Shown here piece after piece: positions 28,928-39,149 of a stretch of DNA of 64,000 bases; positions within the stretch are counted from its first letter, which is position 1; every line of letters starts with the position of its first letter. Position numbers and translations under genes: made by a program. This DNA comes from Escherichia phage vB_EcoM_NBG2. Location of the stretch: sequence record NC_054925.1; one strand, written 5' to 3'. The notes under the pieces were generated by a model that made no database searches, was not told the origin of the DNA, and was given only the letters and a program-made list of their open reading frames with translations.

Positions 28928-29613
28928 TAAAAGTCGTGGGTAGAATCAGCTTCAAGAGCTACTACATAATTCGCGTGTTCACCTTCAAATTTAGCAGCAC
29001 CTTGTTTACCTTTTGCCCAGAGCAGAAGTTTATAATTTCCTGGTTGCATTTTCATATTTGCCATATTGATAATGAAATTAAATGTATTTTCACCATCATA
29101 ATCACCAAGAGTCAAAGAATATTTAACACGGGTCAAAGCAGAATCTTCTACTTTATTAAAACCGTTAATTACGATTTTACCTTCTTTTACTGTGATAGCG
29201 ATTGTATCAATCTGCAGACCACGAGATACACGCAACAGTTGTTGAAGGTCTTCAGCTTTAATTTCAGTAACAACAGATGCTACCGGGAATGGAATTGGTT
29301 TATTAGGAGCAACTACTGTACTCGGATCGGCTGCTGGCCAAAAAATTGTTGAGCGTGCATCAGCAATTTTAATATTTCCATCTTCTGACTGGGAAATTTC
29401 TGCATCATCATTAACTAGAGACAGAATACCGAGAAAACCGTTCAAATCGTAAATTGCTACATCAAAATCAATAGTGTCAGAAATATTTGCTTCCGCATAA
29501 GTGGTACCATTAACCGCGCGAGTCATAATAAATTGACCGGATTTAAGCATAATACCGGAGTTAATAGTAGCGAAATTTTTAAGCAGAGCAGTAGTATCTT
29601 TAGACAGTTTCAT
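28927..29613 (-). CDS. 45: sliding clamp (gene 45)
   Basis: 228 aa; size and position as T4 gp45; MotA-type middle promoter upstream. Confidence 0.85.
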   Translation of the reverse strand: MKLSKDTTALLKNFATINSGIMLKSGQFIMTRAVNGTTYAEANISDTIDFDVAIYDLNGFLGILSLVNDDAEISQSEDGNIKIADARSTIFWPAADPSTVVAPNKPIPFPVASVVTEIKAEDLQQLLRVSRGLQIDTIAITVKEGKIVINGFNKVEDSALTRVKYSLTLGDYDGENTFNFIINMANMKMQPGNYKLLLWAKGKQGAAKFEGEHANYVVALEADSTHDF

Positions 29614-29639
29614 GTAATTTCCTTCAATTCAAATGAGAT

Positions 29640-29670
29640 TTAATTTTATAACTAATTTAATAAAGCAATT
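29640..29670 (-). promoter_or_regulatory. MotA-dependent middle promoter candidate for gene 45
   Basis: minus strand has TTGCTTTA MotA-box-like element about 12 nt upstream of TATAAA. Confidence 0.4.
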
Positions 29671-30058
29671 AACGATTAAAATCAGCAGCAATTGTTTCCG
29701 CAACAATTTGAGCAGCAACAATTAGACGTTCATCTGCATTACCACAATAATCATCTTCAAGGCGTTCACCACATGAAGTCATAATAAATTTGGCGCCAGC
29801 GTTTAGAGATTCTGCCGTATGTTTGCGCATCAGTTCAATCCATTTATCACTCACTTCACGATCGATAGCTTCATAATACGCATGACGAGCAGGTGCAGAT
29901 TTAATTTTGTTCTGAATAACTTCCATTGCGTTATCAGAAAGAGACAAAACCCATGCTCGACGAATTTTATTTTGGTTTTGCGGATTTGATTCAGAACGCA
30001 CGTGTTTTGGCTGAATATCTTTTACATCAACAGTATAATTCACAGTAATTTTAGTCAT
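29669..30058 (-). CDS. rpbA: RNA polymerase-binding protein RpbA
   Basis: 129 aa; position upstream of gene 45. Confidence 0.6.
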   Translation of the reverse strand: MTKITVNYTVDVKDIQPKHVRSESNPQNQNKIRRAWVLSLSDNAMEVIQNKIKSAPARHAYYEAIDREVSDKWIELMRKHTAESLNAGAKFIMTSCGERLEDDYCGNADERLIVAAQIVAETIAADFNR

Positions 30059-30067
30059 AATACACCT

Positions 30068-30256
30068 TTAGTCATAATAATCAGTAACAGTCCAAGCTTC
30101 ATTTCTATTGGACATTATTTTCGTATATTCTGCTTTAAATGCATTTTTGAGCATAGATTCAGTAACTATATGCTCTTCATTAGAAAAATTATTTCTCAGA
30201 ATATATCGTTTTATTTCAGGAATAGTTAATAGATGCTGTCCAGTTGAATATTCCAT
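30068..30256 (-). CDS. hypothetical protein
   Basis: 62 aa ORF. Confidence 0.45.
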   Translation of the reverse strand: MEYSTGQHLLTIPEIKRYILRNNFSNEEHIVTESMLKNAFKAEYTKIMSNRNEAWTVTDYYD

Positions 30257-30311
30257 GTTTTTCCTCCATAGAGATTATACTCTAATAAATTAAAGCATAA
30301 TCTCTTATAAA

Positions 30312-31994
30312 TTAAACCATTACAGTAAATCGACCAACTTTCTTCATTTGAAGATGCTGACCATATTCTTGTGGGTCATGGTCTTTATGCGAAATTATAA
30401 AAACATTAGTGTTTTTCATTGAATTTATAATATTAGCTACACCTTTAATACCTTCGGCATCAAATGACCCATCAAACACTTCATCAAGAATTAATGTACT
30501 AATACTAACACCAGATACAATAGAAGCAATATCACGCCAAGTAAATAAAAGAGCAATATCGATTCGTGCCTTTTCGCCTTCACTAAATGAAGCATAACTA
30601 AAATCTTCACGACCACGGGATTTAATTGTCTCATTAAATTCTTCATCTAATGTAAACACATAATCCGCTTCCATTATTTTAAGATAATGGTTAATCTGCT
30701 TATTAAATAATGGAATGTACTTTTTAATAATAGCACCTTTAATACCAGAATCTTTGAGCATATCAGTCAAAATTCCTCTGTGGTATTTTTCCATTACTAA
30801 ATTAGTTTTTGTCTTAACAATTTTATCAAGTTCTTCTTGAAGCAGTGCTATTTCATCAGCATGGTCAATAAACTCAGATGATGCTTTTTCTATAGCCGCT
30901 TTAACTTTTTTAGCTTTATCTACCGTCGTGATTAAGGATTGCTTTTTATTGCGAATATCATTTGCCAGCGTCTGCTGGGTTTTAATATTATCTCGGTATT
31001 CATCAACAAGAACTTTTAAATTATCACGATGTGTTGAAAGCTGTTCAAAAGAATGCGTGCATTCAGAAATTTTATCTTTAATTTTAGAAACAACTTTATC
31101 ACCGGAACTTAATTGTGACAAACAGGTTGGACATAATCCACCTTCGTGATACATATTAATGACTTTATTATACGAGTCAATTTTTGATTTAATTAAAAAT
31201 GCTTCTTGACCGATTTTATTAAATGCATCAGTCGGGTCTTCATCCAAAACAATATTAACTAATCTTTCATTAGCTTCTTCTATTTCCGATTTTAGCGTTC
31301 TAGCTTCTTTTGCCAAATCATCGTACATATTCTGCAGACGAGTAAGGTTGTCACCAGACAATTTTTTCTGGCGTTCAACATTATCATTATATATTTTAAT
31401 TTGCTGGATAATACTATCTTTTTTAACATCAAGCACTTGGTTTTGTGAATTTAATTCACGTATTAGTGCTTTATTAAGCTTATCCATTTCAGCTAATGTT
31501 CCTACCTCGAGCAGGTCTTCGACGAGTTTTCTTCTTGCAGGAGTGGATAGGCCCATGAAAGGGGTATATCCAGCCGTGCCGAGTACGACGATCTGTTTGA
31601 AACTGGCGTATGACATTCCGATAAGCTGTTCAAATTCTGCTTGGAAATCTTTACTGCTGGCAGATTCATTAAGACGTGTACCGTTAACGGTGATTTCGAA
31701 AACATTTGGTTTTTGTCCTCTTTTGATATAGTACTTTTTCTCATCATATTCCATCCACAGTTCAACTAAAAGCTCTTTCTTATTTGTGCTGTTTATTAAT
31801 TGGCCTTTCTTTACATCACGAAATGGCTTGCCAAAAAGCCCAAATGTGATGGCTTCTAACATAGTAGACTTACCACCGCCATTTCGTCCAGTAATAAGAG
31901 TTTTTTGAACCTTATCTAATTGAATGTCAATAGGGTTTCCACCTACTGACATTATATTTTGATACCTAACTCGGTTTAGTTTAAAATTCTTCAC
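30312..31994 (-). CDS. 46: recombination nuclease ATPase subunit (gene 46, Rad50/SbcC-like)
   Basis: 560 aa; Walker A GRNGGGKST, central coiled coil with CPTC hook-like motif, C-terminal DEVFDGSFD. Confidence 0.85.
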   Translation of the reverse strand: MKNFKLNRVRYQNIMSVGGNPIDIQLDKVQKTLITGRNGGGKSTMLEAITFGLFGKPFRDVKKGQLINSTNKKELLVELWMEYDEKKYYIKRGQKPNVFEITVNGTRLNESASSKDFQAEFEQLIGMSYASFKQIVVLGTAGYTPFMGLSTPARRKLVEDLLEVGTLAEMDKLNKALIRELNSQNQVLDVKKDSIIQQIKIYNDNVERQKKLSGDNLTRLQNMYDDLAKEARTLKSEIEEANERLVNIVLDEDPTDAFNKIGQEAFLIKSKIDSYNKVINMYHEGGLCPTCLSQLSSGDKVVSKIKDKISECTHSFEQLSTHRDNLKVLVDEYRDNIKTQQTLANDIRNKKQSLITTVDKAKKVKAAIEKASSEFIDHADEIALLQEELDKIVKTKTNLVMEKYHRGILTDMLKDSGIKGAIIKKYIPLFNKQINHYLKIMEADYVFTLDEEFNETIKSRGREDFSYASFSEGEKARIDIALLFTWRDIASIVSGVSISTLILDEVFDGSFDAEGIKGVANIINSMKNTNVFIISHKDHDPQEYGQHLQMKKVGRFTVMV

Positions 31995-32254
31995 AAAAGA
32001 TTCCTTTTAATGTATCTTTTAGACCATTCTATCATATCATCATAATCTAAAAAGTATTCATCAAATTCAGCCATGCAAACAACGCCTTGTGCTGCTTTTG
32101 ATGTGATATAAATTATTCCAACATATCTAGAATCTTCTTCGGTGTAATCAATATTTGCTATGAATTCATCGTTAATGTCAAATGTCGAAAACTTCACAGT
32201 ATGCATCCTTAATACAAGATACAGCCATATCTTGTAATGATTTAGGTGTGTCAT
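31991..32254 (-). CDS. hypothetical protein
   Basis: 87 aa ORF; start uncertain (overlaps upstream ORF). Confidence 0.4.
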   Translation of the reverse strand: MTHLNHYKIWLYLVLRMHTVKFSTFDINDEFIANIDYTEEDSRYVGIIYITSKAAQGVVCMAEFDEYFLDYDDMIEWSKRYIKRNLL

Positions 32255-32441
32255 TATCTAAAATGTTGAAGTTAAAAGATACAGCCCAATCTGTACAGAC
32301 CGTAACCTTTTTAATACAATTATCTTCAACCTCTAGCGGTTCAAACCAGTATTCAATAGTTTCTTTATGCCCAATATCATCTTTTACTTCGCATTCAAAA
32401 TGCTGACTCATCATAACATTTTTAAATTCATCAAAAGTCAT
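32178..32441 (-). CDS. hypothetical protein
   Basis: 87 aa ORF, 4-nt overlap with gene 47. Confidence 0.45.
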   Translation of the reverse strand: MTFDEFKNVMMSQHFECEVKDDIGHKETIEYWFEPLEVEDNCIKKVTVCTDWAVSFNFNILDNDTPKSLQDMAVSCIKDAYCEVFDI

Positions 32442-33457
32442 TGTGTTGCCTCTACATATAACTGATTTGCATATTGAATAAGTGCTTCACGGTCAGAATC
32501 AGTGATGTCTGGAATTGCATTAATGTATTCTTCCATCAATGTCTGAAGCGATTGAACTTCAACTTCTTCACTGTCATCTGACTCGACAGAGTTATCAATC
32601 TTTGACACAACTCGTAATGAATGCACAACTTTTTCTAGTTCAGATTCGAACTTCGTTAGATTTTTGTCTACTTCAGTTACTATAACACGTACTGATAGAT
32701 TTGTAAAATCTTTATAGTCAATTTTTCCTTTAAATGGATAATGAATTCTACGATGCCAGGTAGTATTGTTTGGAATAAATTCCATTCGTTCTGTTTCTGT
32801 ATCAAACATCCAGAACCCACGAGGGTCATTCTCGTCACCTGCAGTTAGTGTCCATGGTGTCCCAATATATCTGACGTTTGCAGCCTCAGAAATAGTATGG
32901 AAGTGACCAGACCACACTTCTTTATAAGTCTTAAGGAAATCGGGTTCAAGACCGTGAGATTTCATTCCTTTATAAAAATAAAATCCATTCAGTTCCCAGT
33001 GACCAACACAAAAAGAAGCAGATGAAGTTTTGATGTGTTCAAGAATTTCACCAGTGTTTTCTTCACACATCCAAGGAATCAAATCAATCAAACACCCGTC
33101 AAACTCTACTGTAGTAGGCTTATCATATACTTTAACATTAGGATATTTAGCCAAAAGCTCAGTAGAGGCATTTGGATGCATTACATTTTTATAGTGGAGA
33201 TCGTGATTTCCTACAATAGTGTGTAATGTAATTCCAGCATCATCAAGCGTTTGAACTATTTCACGGGCAAACTCCATAGTTTTATGTGTGATCGCTTTTC
33301 TCACATCAAAAATATCACCATATTGAATCCAGGTAGTAATTCCATTTTTCTTAGAATATTCTATTGCTTGTTTAATTCCATCAATTTGAATACCGCGAAT
33401 CCACTCATCATCAGCTTTAACGCCTAAATGCCAATCACCCAAGTTTAGTATTTTCAT
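32438..33457 (-). CDS. 47: recombination nuclease subunit (gene 47, Mre11/SbcD-like)
   Basis: 339 aa; phosphoesterase motifs GDWHLG, GNHD, GHWE. Confidence 0.85.
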   Translation of the reverse strand: MKILNLGDWHLGVKADDEWIRGIQIDGIKQAIEYSKKNGITTWIQYGDIFDVRKAITHKTMEFAREIVQTLDDAGITLHTIVGNHDLHYKNVMHPNASTELLAKYPNVKVYDKPTTVEFDGCLIDLIPWMCEENTGEILEHIKTSSASFCVGHWELNGFYFYKGMKSHGLEPDFLKTYKEVWSGHFHTISEAANVRYIGTPWTLTAGDENDPRGFWMFDTETERMEFIPNNTTWHRRIHYPFKGKIDYKDFTNLSVRVIVTEVDKNLTKFESELEKVVHSLRVVSKIDNSVESDDSEEVEVQSLQTLMEEYINAIPDITDSDREALIQYANQLYVEATQ

Positions 33458-34058
33458 GGTGTCTTTTCCATCCTAATTTAGCTGCTTTTGAAACTAGTTC
33501 TTTAATTTTTCCTTTTGTCCATTCAGGACCAGGAGGTTCATGACATAACATTTGCTTAACTCCGTTATTATACCATTTTTTACCTTTATTATGTGATGAA
33601 GCTTTAAATTTATTTGACCTTCCTTTTACATAACCTTCTGGAATATAAGGCAAAAAGGCAGATTTTCCTGTTAATGGATCATGTGAATGTATATTTCCTT
33701 TACAATTATGAGAACCATATAATGGATGATTTTGTCCTTTATTATCTCTTCCAAATGAACCTTTTGGAGCAGCATATGACATATTAAAGAATAATGGATT
33801 TTTAACTGCATCATGCAATCGTTGATAATATAACTCGCATTTAATAGCTTCTTCACGCGTATCAAATTTAGCTAAAATGCATGAATCAAATAAGTGAGGA
33901 TTATCTGAAAGCTCTTTATTATAAATTTTCTTATACTTTTTAGATAAAACTGAACCATGATATCCAGCTAAATGCCTATCTAAAGACGTAGATCCAATAT
34001 AAAAAGGAGGAAGTTTATCTCCACTATATATTGTTAAATAAGTTATATATTTTTTCAT
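33435..34058 (-). CDS. GIY-YIG-like protein, possible homing-endonuclease relative
   Basis: 207 aa; N-terminal YITYLTIYSG...FYIGSTS...R motif and basic K/N-rich C-terminus; overlaps gene 47 start by 23 nt. Confidence 0.4.
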   Translation of the reverse strand: MKKYITYLTIYSGDKLPPFYIGSTSLDRHLAGYHGSVLSKKYKKIYNKELSDNPHLFDSCILAKFDTREEAIKCELYYQRLHDAVKNPLFFNMSYAAPKGSFGRDNKGQNHPLYGSHNCKGNIHSHDPLTGKSAFLPYIPEGYVKGRSNKFKASSHNKGKKWYNNGVKQMLCHEPPGPEWTKGKIKELVSKAAKLGWKRHHENTKLG

Positions 34059-34218
34059 ATATCAAGAACCGTCATTGAAATGCAAAATAAAATTATTGAA
34101 ATAAACCCATCTGGTGTGCTAAAGAACCCAATCCAACATGCTCTAGTGAATAGATAAAATGCAAGAAAAAGTATCACATATCCAAGAAATATCATTATAT
34201 CAAACTCCGCATAAAGCT

Positions 34219-34236
34219 AAAGGGCCGAAGCCCTTT
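34219..34236 (-). terminator. hairpin (UUCG loop) downstream of alpha-gt
   Basis: AAAGGGC-CGAA-GCCCTTT. Confidence 0.5.
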
Positions 34237-35437
34237 ATTTTGTAATAATGTCAAACTGTTCTTTAAAACAGAAGCTTGAATCTTGGTGCTGATACAAAAA
34301 TTCATATGCTTTTTCTCGCTCACGGTCATAAAGAGCTCGGTCAGATGACAGTTCTTTAATACGTTCAAACGTTGATTCCATATCATTTTCATCAAACCAA
34401 ATGATACCGCTATCATGCGAGGTCAAAGGAGTATTATCAACACGGAATTTTAAATTTTCGCCAGTAGATTTCCAAAATACCGGAATTGTTCCACATGCAC
34501 CAAGCTCGAGATGAGTATATTCTAAAGAACGTTGTAGATATTTTTTGTCCAACTTACTCAGCTGATAACCAAATCCGGATTTACTCATGCGTTCAAGCAT
34601 TTCGCTATTTACATAACGATCAAGAATTTGCGTTGGCAAATTAGGAGCAATTTTAATTTGGTCTACTTGATGAAGACGATAATACTCGTATGGAATTCCT
34701 TTTTCTTTAATAGGAATGAACGCTGGAGAACGTTCCAGACCTTCCATAATAGTACTTAGTCCTGCAGGTTTAAGATGTTTTTCATGAAAATCAAACATCT
34801 GATAAAAACCTTTCCATGTAGTCGTACGACCAATCCAACGGTTAACATTCATGTTAATTTCAGAAACATCTTTCCAGTAGGTTGACCGAACCTTCGCAAT
34901 ATCCATAGGAGGCTGAAAGTTATATACTGTCGGTGCTTCTTCAATATCATCAAACAGAGAAACAGTTTCTGGATACCATTCTTTCATCAGAACTTTATTA
35001 AAATCACCATTATCAGAATGACTAAAAATAACATCAGCTCGACGAACAGTTTCTTCTAATCCCAAATTTCGACGCAAAGAAAGAGAAGAATGGTCATGTT
35101 GATAAACTACAACACGAACAGAAGGTTTAATGTTATCAATAATTTTTTTATAGTTATTAATAGTGTCTTCTTCAACCGAAGTAGCAGGAACTGAATTGAT
35201 AATTAGAATATCACAATCATTTACCAGCTTAAGTGTTTTATCATATTCTTTTGCCAATAAAACCGGAATTGAAAATGATTTATAATCATGCGCGCAATTA
35301 CGAGTAAATGATTTATCTTTAGCATAAACCAAAGTTACTTCATGACCATTCTTAATAAACCAATCACGTTGCTCAAGAGAAAATTTAGTTACACCACAAC
35401 CTTCAAGACCTCGAGCCATAAAAATACATACTTTCAT
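34235..35437 (-). CDS. agt: DNA alpha-glucosyltransferase
   Basis: 400 aa; size and position as T4 alpha-gt; N-terminal glycine-rich GLEGCGVTKF. Confidence 0.8.
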   Translation of the reverse strand: MKVCIFMARGLEGCGVTKFSLEQRDWFIKNGHEVTLVYAKDKSFTRNCAHDYKSFSIPVLLAKEYDKTLKLVNDCDILIINSVPATSVEEDTINNYKKIIDNIKPSVRVVVYQHDHSSLSLRRNLGLEETVRRADVIFSHSDNGDFNKVLMKEWYPETVSLFDDIEEAPTVYNFQPPMDIAKVRSTYWKDVSEINMNVNRWIGRTTTWKGFYQMFDFHEKHLKPAGLSTIMEGLERSPAFIPIKEKGIPYEYYRLHQVDQIKIAPNLPTQILDRYVNSEMLERMSKSGFGYQLSKLDKKYLQRSLEYTHLELGACGTIPVFWKSTGENLKFRVDNTPLTSHDSGIIWFDENDMESTFERIKELSSDRALYDREREKAYEFLYQHQDSSFCFKEQFDIITK

Positions 35438-35464
35438 TTAATATCCTCTTTGTTTTGGTTTATT

Positions 35465-35490
35465 TTACCAAAAATTTATAAAGCAATATA
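35465..35490 (-). promoter_or_regulatory. MotA-dependent middle promoter candidate for alpha-gt
   Basis: TTGCTTTAT box followed by TATAAAT on minus strand. Confidence 0.4.
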
Positions 35491-35506
35491 GGAGCCGAAG
35501 CTCCTA
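35487..35506 (-). terminator. hairpin (UUCG loop) upstream of alpha-gt
   Basis: ATAGGAGC-CGAA-GCTCCTAT. Confidence 0.45.
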
Positions 35507-35680
35507 TCCACATAATACGCCATACAGAGGCTCGTTAGAACTTTTAAATTTTATGCGCTTATATTTTATAGTTCCTTCTGCTTTAGCTTTATCATGAGAC
35601 GCTTTAAAGAGTCTCATCATTTCCTCTTTAGAGGAACGAATTTTATTATAATCTATTTCAGAAGTCTGGGTGTTCATCTT

Positions 35681-35887
35681 TCATAACTGCCACCATTTTT
35701 TGACTTGATAAGAATCAACCCACACTTTCATATTAGGGTCTGCTCTTACAATAGGAGGATTAACTTCTTTAATTGAACTATCATGGTATTCTTTTTCAGA
35801 AATTTTCACACAAAGATGACCATTCAAAGATTCAGTAAATCCTGCATTAATTTTAAGACGCTTGAATTTTACGTGTGTAAGCATCAA
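35681..35887 (-). CDS. hypothetical protein
   Basis: 68 aa ORF. Confidence 0.4.
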   Translation of the reverse strand: MMLTHVKFKRLKINAGFTESLNGHLCVKISEKEYHDSSIKEVNPPIVRADPNMKVWVDSYQVKKWWQL

Positions 35888-36170
35888 TCATATCCTCAAT
35901 TTGCGATCTAGTAGTCTTCCAAAGAATACTGATGAGTTCATCGTTATATGGCTGTTTTAGAATATCCCGACTTTTCTTGATAGCATATTCGTATTGAGCA
36001 AAATTATTGTTTTCAGCTGCAATCTGAGCGTGCTTATAAAGACGATTCAGTTCGCGTTTGTTTTTAGACAATAACTTATTTGCTTTTCTTTCTGCTTCAA
36101 GACGGTTCTTTTCTTCAATAGAAGAAATAAGCTTTTCCACTTCATCATTAATTTCGGGTTTATCAGTCAT
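35853..36170 (-). CDS. hypothetical protein
   Basis: 105 aa ORF, coiled-coil-like. Confidence 0.45.
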   Translation of the reverse strand: MTDKPEINDEVEKLISSIEEKNRLEAERKANKLLSKNKRELNRLYKHAQIAAENNNFAQYEYAIKKSRDILKQPYNDELISILWKTTRSQIEDMIDAYTRKIQAS

Positions 36171-36171
36171 A

Positions 36172-36390
36172 TTATTTCTCTAATATAAAATAAAAATCAT
36201 CATCTGTTAAATGATACCTGTAATTTAATTCTACACCATTAGATTTAAAAGCGGTATCATACGGATTTTCTGGATCAATATCAATGTCAAGAGCTAAAAC
36301 TTCCCTGAGATACATTTTAAGTAAATAGGGAATAGCTTCAACTTCAGGTATTTCTTCCAAGAATCCGGAGAGGTTAATCGTTAGCCTCAT
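36172..36390 (-). CDS. hypothetical protein
   Basis: 72 aa ORF. Confidence 0.45.
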
Positions 36391-36931
36391 ATAAAAAATC
36401 CAAACTAGGAGAATCGTCTACAACACTTTTCTTTTCAGCCCCCGGTGTTCTATAGGTTGATTCTTCGTAATGCGTCATTTTATCGTAGATGTCTTGAATA
36501 AAAGTTTCATCTACTAACGCAACCATATCGTCGTCACGGCTGTCATAGACATTGTGAACGAAGTAACTGTATTTCTTTGCAACTTCCTTACGTTCTTTTT
36601 TAATACGTTGGACGAATGCATTAAAACAAGCTTGAGTTATATATGCATGCGGGTTTTTATATTTCGTTTCATCAAAATTGTGAAGCCCCTTAATAGAAGC
36701 TTCTATACCATCTGCAATCATTTCTTGTTTCCAAGACTGGGTGTATCCTGAAAAGTTGAAACGTTTAGATAAGCCTTCTGCAATAAGCATAATGGCTAAT
36801 CCGATAGTATCATTCTGACGAACTACTTTATTTGGGTCTTTATTATTTGCTAATTCTGTTTTCCAATCAATAATAGCTTGTAAAAGCTCTTTATTGTTTA
36901 CGTAATTATATTTAGGCTTAGTTTCTGACAT
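36374..36931 (-). CDS. 55: late-transcription sigma factor gp55
   Basis: Trimmed to M3, 185 aa; size and position as T4 gp55. Confidence 0.8.
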
Positions 36932-37009
36932 TTTCACCTCTTAGCTCAATTCATAGATCTATTATATCATAATATTTGAAGATCTATCTTAAAGCATAGA
37001 GGATATCAG

Positions 37010-37279
37010 TTATCTAAGTAAACAGTATGCTTGGAATACTTTCTCCATCATCTTTTTAAATTCATGAATATCTATGTAATGACTAGTTAAATCAGCATGA
37101 TATAAAAAGTCTAAAAACTTTTCATGTGTGCTAACATATTCGCTTTCATTTAATTCAGAAACATGGCTTTCCCAATATCCAACACCAGTCTTATTTGGGA
37201 AAAATGAAATTTTCATATATTGGTCAACATAGAAAATTCCATAATTTTCAATAGTAATAGAAATATTAATAAATTTCAT
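37010..37279 (-). CDS. hypothetical protein
   Basis: 89 aa ORF. Confidence 0.45.
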   Translation of the reverse strand: MKFINISITIENYGIFYVDQYMKISFFPNKTGVGYWESHVSELNESEYVSTHEKFLDFLYHADLTSHYIDIHEFKKMMEKVFQAYCLLR

Positions 37280-37491
37280 ACATTCATCAACTTAGCCGCT
37301 TCGAGAGCTGCATCTAGTGAATCAAATTGATCGACATATTCAATTAATTCGCCATAATTAGCATATAACCACCATTGGCTAAATTCATACTCAAGGATAA
37401 ATCCATTTCCTTCAATTTGAGTTAAACCAATACCGTTTGTATTTACTTCATATCCGGCAAGACGTAAATCGTTAATAAGAGCTTCATTCAT
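37276..37491 (-). CDS. hypothetical protein
   Basis: 71 aa ORF. Confidence 0.45.
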   Translation of the reverse strand: MNEALINDLRLAGYEVNTNGIGLTQIEGNGFILEYEFSQWWLYANYGELIEYVDQFDSLDAALEAAKLMNV

Positions 37492-37493
37492 AA

Positions 37494-37820
37494 TTATACC
37501 TTAGTAATTTTCAGGTCAGCAAATTTTTTCTTGCGTTGATTTTTCATACGACGAATAGTTTTATCAGAAATTTCATGCTTCTGATAAGCTTTAGATTCTA
37601 CACCAAAAGCTTTAACATCAAATTCTGACAAGATATATTGAACCAACAATTCACGGACAGTATTTCGTCCAATTTTCTGATCATTCTGTTTCATCATCTG
37701 ATGAAGCTCTTTTTCCCATTTATCCAAAATTTGAGGAGTTACAATATCGCCTTTTTCTAGCAAAGAAACTACTTTATCATATGCGTAAGAATTGATGGCG
37801 TTTTTAATTTGAATAGTCAT
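37494..37820 (-). CDS. hypothetical protein
   Basis: 108 aa ORF. Confidence 0.5.
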   Translation of the reverse strand: MTIQIKNAINSYAYDKVVSLLEKGDIVTPQILDKWEKELHQMMKQNDQKIGRNTVRELLVQYILSEFDVKAFGVESKAYQKHEISDKTIRRMKNQRKKKFADLKITKV

Positions 37821-37858
37821 ACATTATCCTCAATTACATTAAAATTTTATTATCCAAA

Positions 37859-37874
37859 AAGGGCCGAAGCCCTT
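37859..37874 (-). terminator. hairpin (UUCG loop)
   Basis: AAGGGC-CGAA-GCCCTT. Confidence 0.45.
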
Positions 37875-38073
37875 AGCTAAACTGTTTGGCACCCTTCCAG
37901 CCTTCGTACATCATTGCAGCTGATATTAATATTGCTCCTGCGCATTTTGAGTATTTGTGATTCCAAAACCAGTTCAGAAAAACTTCGTCATCAATACCTT
38001 GGGCTATCATATTTTCAAAGAACTGACGACGAGCTTCGGCAATTCGTTGCGATAATTTAGATTCAGGATTCAT
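37873..38073 (-). CDS. hypothetical protein
   Basis: 66 aa ORF. Confidence 0.45.
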   Translation of the reverse strand: MNPESKLSQRIAEARRQFFENMIAQGIDDEVFLNWFWNHKYSKCAGAILISAAMMYEGWKGAKQFS

Positions 38074-38205
38074 TTAAATTTTCCAGTTACCGTTTTCATC
38101 AATAAATTTAATCCAGTCATTTACTGACCACTTGGTCGTATCGCCTTTTGGAGCAACATTTAAAGTGTATAATCCTTGTTTAAAAAGCATGCGTTTGATA
38201 TTCAT
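38074..38205 (-). CDS. small hypothetical ORF
   Basis: Track ORF 38074-38289 trimmed to M29 with GAGGAAAAT SD; 43 aa. Confidence 0.3.
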   Translation of the reverse strand: MNIKRMLFKQGLYTLNVAPKGDTTKWSVNDWIKFIDENGNWKI

Positions 38206-38212
38206 ATTTTCC

Positions 38213-38506
38213 TCAGCTATAACGATAACACTCGTTTGATTTGCGCTTAGCAACTCGTTGAGAAGTATTGTAATCAAAATCATCGTCAATGTAAACTGAT
38301 TTTTTCAACTTTCTTACTTCACTACGTAATTGACGATTTAGCTCATCTTTAACTTCTGAATCAATGCCTTTCATTCTACGCCATTTATCAGAGCGAAAAA
38401 TGTTTTCAACCATATCTTTATGACTTACACCATCAGGAGCTTTACGCTTTCCGAAATAGTCATAATCACGTACTTTTAAATCTTTACGACGATACGTTTT
38501 ACCCAT
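38213..38506 (-). CDS. hypothetical basic protein
   Basis: Trimmed to M16 directly after upstream stop; 97 aa. Confidence 0.4.
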   Translation of the reverse strand: MGKTYRRKDLKVRDYDYFGKRKAPDGVSHKDMVENIFRSDKWRRMKGIDSEVKDELNRQLRSEVRKLKKSVYIDDDFDYNTSQRVAKRKSNECYRYS

Positions 38507-38681
38507 GGAGTTTAATTTCCTTAGCAACTGAACTAAATACAGCACGATCACAAATCATCTGTTTATGTAACTTGAGTATAAGATAATAAACTTCAAAACC
38601 GTTTACATAAGTAACACGAACAACATTACCATTAATAAAATAATATTGTCCCTTTTTAATCTCTTTATCAACCACAACCAT
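38499..38681 (-). CDS. hypothetical protein
   Basis: 60 aa; early promoter upstream. Confidence 0.45.
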   Translation of the reverse strand: MVVVDKEIKKGQYYFINGNVVRVTYVNGFEVYYLILKLHKQMICDRAVFSSVAKEIKLHG

Positions 38682-38711
38682 ATCAAATCCTCAAAGGCAA
38701 TTCATATGTTA

Positions 38712-38741
38712 ATAATACCACAGTTTGAACTTGTTGTAAAC
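38712..38741 (-). promoter_or_regulatory. early promoter
   Basis: GTTTAC, 18 nt, TGGTATTAT. Confidence 0.5.
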
Positions 38742-38821
38742 AACTTTGTGAAATTATTTTAGGGAATGATAAGAAGGGAACGATAGCTTAGAATGGTAAT
38801 ATACAGAATGTGAGAAAGAAA

Positions 38822-38834
38822 GGCCCAGAGGGCC
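38822..38834 (-). terminator. GC hairpin downstream of nrdH
   Basis: GGCCC-AGA-GGGCC. Confidence 0.4.
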
Positions 38835-38838
38835 CGTC

Positions 38839-39147
38839 TTAGTCTTCTATGATATCTCTATCATATCCAAGTGAAATGAGAGTTTCTTTGAAGTGTTTAA
38901 TGTTCTTTTGTCTAGAATCATTAATGAAAATGACTGGATAACGAATGTTAAGAGATGTGAATCCAGCGCGTTTAGCAAGAGATACAATCAGTGGACGATC
39001 ATACTCAATCTTACCATTATTTGTAAGAACTTTATAGAAAGTAAAAGGAGCATTGAGCTCCTTTAGAAGTTTTGTAACTGATTGACATCCAGGACAACGA
39101 CCTACTTCATCTGGAATTCCATAGACTTCAATCTTGTTTTGTTTCAC
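38839..39147 (-). CDS. nrdH: glutaredoxin-like protein NrdH
   Basis: 102 aa; CPGC redox motif near N-terminus. Confidence 0.7.
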   Translation of the reverse strand: MKQNKIEVYGIPDEVGRCPGCQSVTKLLKELNAPFTFYKVLTNNGKIEYDRPLIVSLAKRAGFTSLNIRYPVIFINDSRQKNIKHFKETLISLGYDRDIIED

Positions 39148-39149
39148 AA

